Shown here: positions 19,654 to 26,641 of the stretch, in pieces
Layout: every line of letters begins with the position of its first letter
Position numbering within the stretch: the first letter of the stretch is position 1
Source of the DNA: an uncultured bacterium
Lineage (GTDB): Bacteria; Patescibacteriota; Patescibacteriia; Magasanikbacterales; GWA2-37-8
Assembly: GCA_937903605.1 (NCBI GenBank)
Contig: CALCZC010000025.1
Coordinates: 206,618-270,617, forward strand
Reading direction: 5' to 3'
DNA length: 64,000 nucleotides
Made by a program: the position numbers and the translations under genes
Notes under the pieces: generated by a model
Database searches by the model: none
The model's input: only the letters and a program-made list of their open reading frames with translations
Told to the model about the DNA's origin: nothing

Positions 19654-20688
19654 TTATATTTTTTTATTGCTACTGATATATTGTTTAGCAACTTCCTCGT
19701 CTATCAAACCTTGGCTGGAATAATTTTCCAAAACTTTTTCCATGGTAATCATACCGTCTTTGGCACCGGTTTGAATAGCAGACTTGATTTGATTAATATT
19801 GTTTTCTTTTATCAAATTGGCTACTGCCGGCGTATTAACAAAAATTTCTCGCACAGCTATTCGTCCGCCGCCTTTTTTTGGTAACAGATGTTGAGCAACT
19901 ACCCCACGCAATACCGAAGATAATTGGATGAGAATCTGACGTTGTTTACTACCATCAAAAACATCCACGATTCTTTCTACCGCTTCAGCCGCACTGTTGG
20001 TGTGTAAAGTGGAAAAAACCAAATGCCCGGTTTCCGCCGCTGTTAAAACAGTGGCGATAGTTTCCGGATCACGCATCTCACCGACAAATATAATATCCGG
20101 ATCTTGGCGCAATACATATTTGAGTGCGCTGGCAAAACTTTTGGTATCTACTCCGACTTCACGTTGTTCTATCAAACTTTTTTTATCTTTAAAAACAAAT
20201 TCTATTGGATCTTCAATGGTCACGATGTGTGCTTTCTTGGTTTTATTAATTTCTTCAATCATAGAAGCAATGGTACTAGACTTGCCACAACCGGTCGGAC
20301 CGGTAATCAAAACCAAACCATCATTGATATTGGTAAATTTCAAAATTGTTTCATCAAAACCAAGTTCTTGCGGAGTAGGAACTTCGCTTGGAATTATTCT
20401 CGCAGTTAGCCCAATTTTTCTGTCTTGACGATGTAAATTGATACGAAAACGAACTCCTTCTATCTCATAACCTATATCCAAATCTTTTTCTTCCAAAAAA
20501 CGACGTTTTTGTTCGGTGGTTAAAATAATAGATAAAACTTCTTCTAGTTCATCATTATCTATTTTTTCCTCTGAAATTTCTACCAGTTCTCCGTCAATCC
20601 GAAGCATTGGCAATTCTTCGCCAACCAAATGAATATCCGAAGCTTTTTTCTGTATCCCTTCCTTAAAAATTTTCTGCAAATTTATCAT
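19654..20688 (-). CDS. pilT: type IV pilus retraction ATPase PilT
   Basis: 344 aa; Walker A GPTGCGKSST; TLHTNSAAEAVERI; PilT-sized. Confidence 0.85.
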   Translation of the reverse strand: MINLQKIFKEGIQKKASDIHLVGEELPMLRIDGELVEISEEKIDNDELEEVLSIILTTEQKRRFLEEKDLDIGYEIEGVRFRINLHRQDRKIGLTARIIPSEVPTPQELGFDETILKFTNINDGLVLITGPTGCGKSSTIASMIEEINKTKKAHIVTIEDPIEFVFKDKKSLIEQREVGVDTKSFASALKYVLRQDPDIIFVGEMRDPETIATVLTAAETGHLVFSTLHTNSAAEAVERIVDVFDGSKQRQILIQLSSVLRGVVAQHLLPKKGGGRIAVREIFVNTPAVANLIKENNINQIKSAIQTGAKDGMITMEKVLENYSSQGLIDEEVAKQYISSNKKI

Positions 20689-20760
20689 AAAAATAAGTTG
20701 AAATTACCAAAAATATAGCTCGTTGTGAGCTCCCCGATATTATACCACTTCTACCCCCTC

Positions 20761-20789
20761 TTGAAAAGGGCGGAAAAGTGTGTTAAAAT
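20761..20789 (+). promoter_or_regulatory. sigma-70-like promoter TTGAAA-N17-TAAAAT upstream of tRNA-Pro(GGG)
   Basis: Hexamers with 17-nt spacer end 18 nt before the tRNA. Confidence 0.45.
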
Positions 20790-20807
20790 AGCCCGGAAGT
20801 TAAATTT

Positions 20808-20881
20808 CGGGCTATAGCGAAGTTGGCTATCGCGCATCCATGGGGTGGATGAGACCGTGAGTTCAAGTCTCACTAGCCCGA
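20808..20881 (+). tRNA. tRNA-Pro (anticodon GGG)
   Basis: CGGGCTATAGCGAAGTTGGCTATCGCGCATCCATGGGGTGGATGAGACCGTGAGTTCAAGTCTCACTAGCCCGA; anticodon loop ATGGGGT with G37. The track ORF 20751..21080(-) overlaps it and is spurious. Confidence 0.8.
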
Positions 20882-20892
20882 CTAATTCTTTT

Positions 20893-21150
20893 ATGAATAA
20901 ATTAAAAATACTACGAAAAAAGATAGATGGAATTGACACAAAAATCATTTCTTTATTATTGCAAAGAGAAAAAGAAGTAAAAAAGATTGCTGCGTATAAA
21001 AAAAGCCATAATTTGTCAGTGGTTGACAAACAAAGAGAAGCTGGTGTTTTGAAGAGAGCGATCAAGAAAAGTAAGTGCAAATTATCAAAAATATTTATAA
21101 AAGACTTGTTCCAAAGGATAATAAAATATTCACGAAAGTTGCAAAAATAA
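20893..21150 (+). CDS. chorismate mutase (AroQ class, CM_2)
   Basis: 85 aa from the ATG at 20893 (the track ORF starts inside the tRNA): LRKKIDGIDTKIISLLLQREKEVKKIAAYK...DKQREAGVLKR matches the AroQ helical signature. Confidence 0.55.
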   Translation: MNKLKILRKKIDGIDTKIISLLLQREKEVKKIAAYKKSHNLSVVDKQREAGVLKRAIKKSKCKLSKIFIKDLFQRIIKYSRKLQK

Positions 21151-21174
21151 AAAACACCAGATAGGTGTTTTTTG
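21150..21174 (+). terminator. intrinsic terminator ACACC-AGAT-AGGTGT followed by T6
   Basis: Hairpin and T-run right after the chorismate mutase stop. Confidence 0.55.
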
Positions 21175-21179
21175 TATAG

Positions 21180-21253
21180 TCGGGGTACCGGGACTCGAAC
21201 CCGGAACCTTACGCACCCGAAGCGTACGCCCTAGCCAATTAGGCCATACCCCG
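21180..21253 (-). tRNA. tRNA-Pro (anticodon CGG)
   Basis: Reverse complement CGGGGTATGGCCTAATTGGCTAGGGCGTACGCTTCGGGTGCGTAAGGTTCCGGGTTCGAGTCCCGGTACCCCGA; anticodon loop TTCGGGT. Confidence 0.75.
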
Positions 21254-21393
21254 AAAATAAAGCATGCTAATTATAAATCAAAAAAATTAAAAAGTAAACA
21301 TTGTTAAAAATCGCTAATTTTAGCGGTTTTTTGTTTATTTTTAAACAATCTTGCAATCTTTCAATCTTTCAATCTTGTAATTTTATCCTAGGG

Positions 21394-21422
21394 CTTGACA
21401 AAATCTTCAAAATATGCTATAC
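21394..21422 (+). promoter_or_regulatory. perfect sigma-70 promoter TTGACA-N17-TATACT driving the large ncRNA
   Basis: TTGACA 21394-21399, 17-nt spacer, TATACT 21417-21422. Confidence 0.7.
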
Positions 21423-21429
21423 TGTGCAG

Positions 21430-22262
21430 TCGCTCAAATTGACGAAAAGACCCCTGTGTCTTCAGTCAAATCGGCGAAAGTTCGTTTCAAAACACCAAAA
21501 CCCGCTCGCCAAGGAGGTTCAGATGAACCGTACGAGAGATCGACCGTAAATTTCCCGGTCCAAAACTGAGATCTTTTTTTTAAGAAAACGTCGCAGATCC
21601 AGTAGGACAAATCTCATCGGCAAAGTTCGGTTTTCCAGGACATGTTCCCGGAAGCCTTAACCTGAACCGCCCAATCGGCGCGCCAAACAGCGCAATAAAG
21701 CGCAGGAGGTGTAGGATGTCCAGCATCCGCGATGGTCCCAAGTAATACAATCGTAACTGAACAACCATCTACGAAAAAAGTTTTGATGTTCCGTTCCTCC
21801 CGCCGTCGCCGACGCCTAGAATGGCGCCCCGTGCCCCGGCTTTCGTGGCACTTTTCCGGCGGGTTAAACACGCGAAGGCTAAACGGCATGTCGACGAGGT
21901 TAGGGTCGAGAGATTTCGACCTGGGCTACGTTTTTTTGTACCTCGCGGCAAAGACCGTTTTGGCCCATATCCGGCGTCAGGTCAGCCTCTCTGTAACTTT
22001 TGGAAATGTGTTCCTATGTCCAAGTGACGAGGAGACACTTTCCACTTTCAAAAAAGTTAGAGAGGCTGACACGCCGAGCGAAAATTGCGGATAAACCGGA
22101 TCAGCTTAAAAAACCGGTGATCTCCGCACCAACGTCAAGGCGATTTCTAGGCTTCCGGATCGCCCACGGCTCATCTGCCGTGTACAGTGAAGTCACATTT
22201 TCCCCGGTCTGCGATCAACAACTGAGCGCTCAGTGTTGATTCGCAGCCGGGGCGTTTTTTTT
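21430..22262 (+). ncRNA. large (~0.83 kb) GC-rich structured non-coding RNA of unknown class, flanked by tRNA-Pro genes
   Basis: GC ~50% against ~33% background; only overlapping Arg-rich pseudo-ORFs on both strands; bounded by a consensus promoter and a strong terminator; many local and long-range helices; internal hairpin plus T8 at 21533-21580. Confidence 0.6.
22201..22262 (+). terminator. strong intrinsic terminator (~24-bp interrupted stem followed by T9)
   Basis: CCCCGGTCTGCGATCAACAACTGAGCG / CGCTCAGTGTTGATTCGCAGCCGGGG then CGTTTTTTTTT. Confidence 0.8.
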
Positions 22263-22342
22263 ACATACGAATAAATAGATACTAATATACAAATTGTACT
22301 AATGATACGAATGCTATACGAAAATTTATACGAATGAACAAA

Positions 22343-22417
22343 TTTTAGATTTATGATTTTTGATTTATGAATTACCGTTTTTGTCATTCTAAAATCTGCA
22401 ATCTAAAATCTGAAATT
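22343..22417 (+). repeat. ~75-bp AT-rich composite repeat, copy A (TTTAGATTTATGATTTTTGATTTATGAATTAC...TGTCATTCTAAAATCTGCAATCTAAAATCT)
   Basis: 7-bp periodicity; near-identical copies at 24216-24293, 26158-26234 (inverted) and 49671-49794. Confidence 0.7.
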
Positions 22418-22464
22418 AGTTAATCTTTCAATCTTTAAATCTTGTAATCTTTAAATTTTTTACC

Positions 22465-22493
22465 TTGCAATCTTGCAATTCATTTTATATAAT
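22465..22493 (+). promoter_or_regulatory. promoter TTGCAA-N17-TATAAT for the U32 peptidase gene (places the TSS within ~2 nt of the ATG; possibly leaderless)
   Basis: -10 ends 8 nt before ATG 22502. Confidence 0.45.
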
Positions 22494-22501
22494 TAATTCC
22501 T

Positions 22502-23725
22502 ATGAAACCAAAACAAACTCATAAACCCATCCTCCTCGCTCCCGTCCGAGACGAGGTCTCTTTTACCGCCGCTATTGATGCCGGAGCGGATGCGGTTTAT
22601 TTTGGTATTGGTGAACTAAATATGCGATTAAGCTCCCGTGGGATAAATTTGAAACAACTCCCCCGCTTTGTCAAAAAAGCTCATCAAAAAAATGTTTTGG
22701 TTTATATCGCTCTGAATGTGATTGTTTATGAAAATGAACTGGCGCGAGTAGAAAAAATCCTCAAACAAATCAAAAAATCCGGAGTTGATGCCGTGATAGT
22801 TTCAGATTTTGCTATTATCTCTCTTTGTCAAAAACTCAAGATTCCTTTTCATCTTTCCACTCAAGTTAATATCAGTAATAGCTCTGAAGTGAAATTTTTT
22901 GAACGTCTCGGCGCCAAAGCCGTAGTACTCGCGCGCGAATGTACTCTATCTCAAATCAAAGAGATAAAAAAGAAAAGTAAAATCAAAATAGAAGTTTTTG
23001 TTCACGGTGCGATGTGTGTCTCTGTTTCCGGTCGTTGTTATATGTCGGAATTTACTTCTTGCAAATCCGCCAACCGCGGGCAGTGTTTGCAACCTTGTCG
23101 TCGTGAATATGAAATCAGAGACACCCAAACCGGTGATGAACTCGTCATTGGCAAAGGTTATGTGATGAGTCCGAAAGATCTTTGCACTTTACAAATCCTA
23201 GATAAAGTCATTGCAACCGGCGTGGACATTTTAAAAATAGAAGGCCGTAGTCGATCTCCGGAATATATCAAAACCGTAGTATCTGCTTATCGCCAAGCCA
23301 TAGATGCTGTAGCTACTAAAAAGTTCAACAAAAAACTGACTGACGAACTAATACAAAAAGTTTCTGGGGTGTATAATCGCGGATTTTCTACCGGCTTTCT
23401 TTTTGGCGCACCTAGTAGTGAAGGTTGGGCGAGAATTTCCGGAACTGCATCTAAAATAAAAAAAGAACGCCTCGGATACGTGCGTAATTATTATAGCAAA
23501 AATAAAATTGGGGAAATTTATCTGGAAGCCAATACTCTAAAAGCTGGTGATAAAATTCAAGTAGAAGGTCCAACTACCGGTGTTATTGATTTTGTTATCC
23601 TAGAATTTTGGGTGGATGATAAACCAGCCAAGAGCGCTAAATTGAAAGATGCGATAACGTTTAAGTCGCCGGTTGTTTTGAGAAGGAAGGATAAAGCATA
23701 TAAAATTACAAGATTACAAGATTAA
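22502..23725 (+). CDS. peptidase U32 family protein
   Basis: 407 aa; N-terminal PVRDEVSFTAAIDAGADAVYFG and central EIFVHGAMCVSVSGRCYMS, typical of U32. Confidence 0.7.
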   Translation: MKPKQTHKPILLAPVRDEVSFTAAIDAGADAVYFGIGELNMRLSSRGINLKQLPRFVKKAHQKNVLVYIALNVIVYENELARVEKILKQIKKSGVDAVIVSDFAIISLCQKLKIPFHLSTQVNISNSSEVKFFERLGAKAVVLARECTLSQIKEIKKKSKIKIEVFVHGAMCVSVSGRCYMSEFTSCKSANRGQCLQPCRREYEIRDTQTGDELVIGKGYVMSPKDLCTLQILDKVIATGVDILKIEGRSRSPEYIKTVVSAYRQAIDAVATKKFNKKLTDELIQKVSGVYNRGFSTGFLFGAPSSEGWARISGTASKIKKERLGYVRNYYSKNKIGEIYLEANTLKAGDKIQVEGPTTGVIDFVILEFWVDDKPAKSAKLKDAITFKSPVVLRRKDKAYKITRLQD

Positions 23726-23859
23726 AAGATTGTAAGATTGGACAATTTTAGATTTTTGATTTTTGATTTTAGATTGGTAATTGTCCGCCAAAGGCGGATC
23801 CGCCCGTGGCGGAAAAATTAATTAAAAATTGTAAAATTAAAAATTTAAAATTCTAATTA

Positions 23860-23888
23860 AAAAACTGCTCTTACGAGCAGTTTTTTAA
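23860..23888. terminator. bidirectional intrinsic terminator AAAAACTGCTCTTACGAGCAGTTTTTT between the convergent U32 and rplU genes
   Basis: GCTC-TTAC-GAGC hairpin with A-run on one side and T-run on the other. Confidence 0.65.
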
Positions 23889-24215
23889 TTAGTTGATTTT
23901 TACTTTGGTAAACGGTTGACGATGTCCGTAAGCTTTGTGGTATCTGACTTTTCGTTTGAATTTTTCCACAAGAATCTTTTTGGCACGGCCTTGCATTTCT
24001 ACACTGGCTTCTACGGTCATTTCCAAATATGGAGTACCGATTTTAACATCAGAACCGTCATCTTTGGCAGTCAAAAGGACTTTGTCAAAAACAACTTTCT
24101 CACCTTCTTTAACGGCAAGTTTTTCAATTTTAATGGCATCGCCGGTTTTTACCAAATATTGTTTACCGCCGGTTTCAATAACTGCGATCATAGTTTTGTG
24201 ATTAAATTTATCCAA
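23889..24215 (-). CDS. rplU: 50S ribosomal protein L21 (bL21)
   Basis: MIAVIETGGKQYLVKTGD... is the canonical L21 N-terminus; the true start is probably the internal Met at 24191. Confidence 0.9.
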   Translation of the reverse strand: MDKFNHKTMIAVIETGGKQYLVKTGDAIKIEKLAVKEGEKVVFDKVLLTAKDDGSDVKIGTPYLEMTVEASVEMQGRAKKILVEKFKRKVRYHKAYGHRQPFTKVKIN

Positions 24216-24293
24216 TTTTAGATTTATGATTTTTGATTTATGAATTACAGTTTTTTTGTCATTCTAAAATCTGCATTCTAAAATCTAAAATTC
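24216..24293 (+). repeat. ~75-bp AT-rich composite repeat, copy B (in the rplU 5' leader)
   Basis: Same sequence family as 22343-22417. Confidence 0.7.
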
Positions 24294-24339
24294 TTTGATA
24301 TTTATAGAATGTTTAAAAACTATATAAAAACAAGTTTTT

Positions 24340-24368
24340 AAATCCCCAATACTATACTAAAAACAGGC
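24340..24368 (-). promoter_or_regulatory. sigma-70 promoter TTGACA-N17-TATAGT for rplU (minus strand)
   Basis: Reverse complement reads TTGACAAATTGGCCTGTTTTTAGTATAGT. Confidence 0.6.
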
Positions 24369-24383
24369 CAATTTGTCAAGTGC

Positions 24384-24869
24384 TTAGCGTTTAAACTCTA
24401 TTTTATCTCCGATTTTAACCTCATATTTATCCAAAAAACCGGCCGGTAACTCCAAAACCATATTATTTTTAACCCTGGCAATATATGGGGTTAGTTCGGT
24501 TTCGGTTTTACCAGGTTCTGGTTGTAAGTTTTTGGCCATATCCACAATTTCCGTTCCATCTAACCACAGCATGTCCAAGGAAAAACGCATATTACGCATT
24601 ACCATAGGGTGTTGGCCATAATTACCAAAAACAAAAAGCATTCCATCGTATTTTCCTAAATTATCTTTATTACTGCAACCCTCATACAATCGTGCTGGAT
24701 TTTTGGCGACCAAAACTTTTAGATTTTGCCCAGCCAAAACAAGTTCGGCTTTAGGCCAATAATATTTTTGATAAAAATGTAGACAAACAGCGCAGACTAG
24801 AAGACCGACGATGATAACAACATTAAACTTGTTAACTTTTTTTTCTGTTTGTTCCGATTTGTTAAACAT
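24384..24869 (-). CDS. DUF192 domain-containing protein
   Basis: N-terminal TM; MRNMRFSLDMLWLDG matches the DUF192 (COG1430) core. Confidence 0.5.
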   Translation of the reverse strand: MFNKSEQTEKKVNKFNVVIIVGLLVCAVCLHFYQKYYWPKAELVLAGQNLKVLVAKNPARLYEGCSNKDNLGKYDGMLFVFGNYGQHPMVMRNMRFSLDMLWLDGTEIVDMAKNLQPEPGKTETELTPYIARVKNNMVLELPAGFLDKYEVKIGDKIEFKR

Positions 24870-24904
24870 AAATTAATTATTAGAAATATTGAATATTAAA
24901 TATT

Positions 24905-24975
24905 GGATATTAACCACCCCTCGCCCCTCCTTCGTAAGGAGGGGAAAATATTCAATATCCAGTATTCAGTATTAA
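24905..24975. repeat. GC hairpin element CCCCTCCTT-CGT-AAGGAGGGG flanked by inverted AATATTGAATATT repeats, copy 1
   Basis: Core at 24924-24944; second copy at 48257-48276; three tandem variants in-frame inside rarA at 48877-48971. Confidence 0.65.
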
Positions 24976-26024
24976 ATATTTTGTTTATTTTTTCTCGCCA
25001 ACCAAAAACCCAAACACAGCATAGCCACACACAACAATCCCAAAACCAAAAGCTTTTGCCAGCTTTGTAAAAATAAAGTAGTAAAACCAAAGGCAAAAGC
25101 AATGATATAAAATAATATTACACTTTGACGATGGCCCAGTCCTGCATCAACAAGTTGAAAATGCAGATGTCGTCTATCGCCTTTATAAAAAGGTTGTTTG
25201 TGTAAAATCCTCATGAAAATAACTCGCGCTAAATCCAAAATCGGAATTGCCATTACCAAAAGTGCGGTAGCAATTTTTCCGCCAGCGATAACTGCGAGTA
25301 CTCCAAGCAGAAATCCGAGCAGTAATGATCCACCTTCGCCCAAAAATATTTTTGCCGGATAAAAATTAAAAAATAAAAATCCCAAACATGCACCTGCCAA
25401 AATCAAAGCTAACGTGGCAGTTTCAGGTTGAAAAAATTTGGCAGTATTGGAAAGTGAAGCGATCATCAAAGCACCGATAAAAACTATCCCTGTAGTTAAA
25501 CCATCCAGACCGTCCAAAATTTTTGTAGTGTACATCATCCCGAGTAACCAGAAAAAAACTATTAGATCAGCTAAAATAAAAATATGACCGTAGCCAAATA
25601 AATCAAGCCCAAAAATTTCCAAATTAATAATTCCACCAAAAGGATTTGTGACCATTTGTAAATCTACTCCACCAAGTACAGCGATAGCTATAGCCGCGCA
25701 AGTTATCATTAATCTTTTCTTGGCTGATAAATTTTCTTTATCATCAAAAAATCCCAAAATCATCAAAATGACACTTCCCAAAAATACCCCTATAAATTCA
25801 CGAGGTTCAATATGGCGATGAAAAATATCGGTAAAAAAAGACAAATACCCTACTACTGACCAAAAACTCAAAAATATTGCCAAACCGCCCAAAAGTGGAA
25901 CATTGCGACCGTGAAGTTTGCGAATTCCTTCGGGTTTATCCACAATATCCAATTTTTTAGCTAATTTTAGCGTAAAAAATGTAAAAATAAGGGATAATAT
26001 GAAAGTTATAAGAAAATATTGCAT
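24972..26024 (-). CDS. GT4-family polyprenyl-phosphate N-acetylhexosamine-1-phosphate transferase (WecA/TagO/MraY family; WecA-like by N-terminus)
   Basis: 350 aa, ~10 TM; KLDIVDKPEGIRKLHGRNVPLLGGLAIF resembles the WecA N-terminus. An MraY assignment cannot be excluded by eye. Confidence 0.6.
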   Translation of the reverse strand: MQYFLITFILSLIFTFFTLKLAKKLDIVDKPEGIRKLHGRNVPLLGGLAIFLSFWSVVGYLSFFTDIFHRHIEPREFIGVFLGSVILMILGFFDDKENLSAKKRLMITCAAIAIAVLGGVDLQMVTNPFGGIINLEIFGLDLFGYGHIFILADLIVFFWLLGMMYTTKILDGLDGLTTGIVFIGALMIASLSNTAKFFQPETATLALILAGACLGFLFFNFYPAKIFLGEGGSLLLGFLLGVLAVIAGGKIATALLVMAIPILDLARVIFMRILHKQPFYKGDRRHLHFQLVDAGLGHRQSVILFYIIAFAFGFTTLFLQSWQKLLVLGLLCVAMLCLGFWLARKNKQNI

Positions 26025-26064
26025 ATTTTTATTATTGTTTAAATTCTATCAAATTTCCGCTCTA

Positions 26065-26093
26065 TTGACAAACGGGTTAATATTAGTTATACT
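26065..26093 (+). promoter_or_regulatory. sigma-70 promoter TTGACA-N17-TATACT for rpmA
   Basis: Perfect -35, 17-nt spacer, TATACT; ~150-nt leader contains repeat copy C. Confidence 0.6.
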
Positions 26094-26157
26094 TTTTGGG
26101 ATTCTAATATATTATCAAACATAATCAAAGTATTCAAAAATCTAAATGTTTTACATA

Positions 26158-26234
26158 TTTTAGATTTTAGAATGCAGATTTTAGAATGACAAAAAATGAT
26201 AATTCATAAATCTTAAATCATAAATCTTAAATTT
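26158..26234 (-). repeat. ~75-bp AT-rich composite repeat, copy C (inverted; in the rpmA 5' leader)
   Basis: Reverse complement matches copies A and B. Confidence 0.7.
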
Positions 26235-26242
26235 ATTAAAGT

Positions 26243-26521
26243 ATGTCCCATAAAAAAGCCGGTGGCTCAACGCGGTTGGGTCGAGATAGTATAGCCAAAA
26301 GACTTGGTATCAAAGTTCATGACGGACAAGAAATCAAATCAGGCATGATTATCGTAAAACAAAGAGGTACAAAAATTCATCCTGGAACCAATGTAAAAAA
26401 AGGAACAGATGATACATTGTTTGCTCTTACCCCAGGTAAAGTAAAATTTACCAACAAGAAAAGAATGCGTTTTGATGGAAAACTCAAAATTGCAAAATAC
26501 GCAAATGTAGTGACGAAATAA
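26243..26521 (+). CDS. rpmA: 50S ribosomal protein L27 (bL27)
   Basis: [16 protein letters not shown]...[14 protein letters not shown] is canonical L27. Confidence 0.9.
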   Translation: MSHKKAGGSTRLGRDSIAKRLGIKVHDGQEIKSGMIIVKQRGTKIHPGTNVKKGTDDTLFALTPGKVKFTNKKRMRFDGKLKIAKYANVVTK

Positions 26522-26547
26522 TACTGAATACTAGATACTGAATATTA

Positions 26548-26585
26548 AAAAACATTCGTTTTAAAACGAATGTTTTTTGTTTTTA
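26548..26585. terminator. bidirectional terminator AACATTCGTTTT-AAAACGAATGTT followed by T-run
   Basis: Perfect 12-bp palindrome between the rpmA stop and the epimerase gene stop. Confidence 0.65.
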
Positions 26586-26641
26586 ATCAAACTTTTCTTC
26601 AACTCGTCAATATCCAATATTTAATATTCAATATTTTCATT

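Noticed and set aside
20790-20814. TAGCCCG at 20790-20796 pairing with the tRNA-Pro 5' acceptor CGGGCTA as a functional leader structure
   Set aside because: It is only a 7-nt complementarity copying the tRNA's own 3' acceptor strand. This is plausibly coincidence, and I have no way to evaluate it without conservation data.
20751-21080. Track ORF 20751..21080(-)
   Set aside because: It runs antisense across tRNA-Pro(GGG) and the chorismate mutase gene and is spurious. Likewise the N-terminal 16 codons of the 20845 ORF lie inside the tRNA, so the CDS was trimmed to start at 20893.
21614-22239. Track ORFs 21614..21889(-), 21732..22094(+), 21769..21951(-), 21821..22027(+) and 22000..22239(+) as protein-coding genes
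   Set aside because: They mutually overlap on both strands and are Arg/Pro/Gly-rich with no protein-like periodicity. They lie in a GC-rich segment bounded by a promoter and terminator, which is typical of structured non-coding RNA rather than coding sequence.
21430-22262. Identification of the GC-rich RNA as RNase P RNA, tmRNA, SRP RNA or a 23S rRNA fragment
   Set aside because: Searched by eye for P4/CR-I/CR-V, the tmRNA tRNA-like end and tag ORF, and SRP domain IV GGAAGCAGCC; none were present. Short 23S-like strings (GTACGAGAG, AACGTCG...AGTTCGGT) occur but in the wrong order and spacing for a colinear 23S fragment, so they are probably chance matches.
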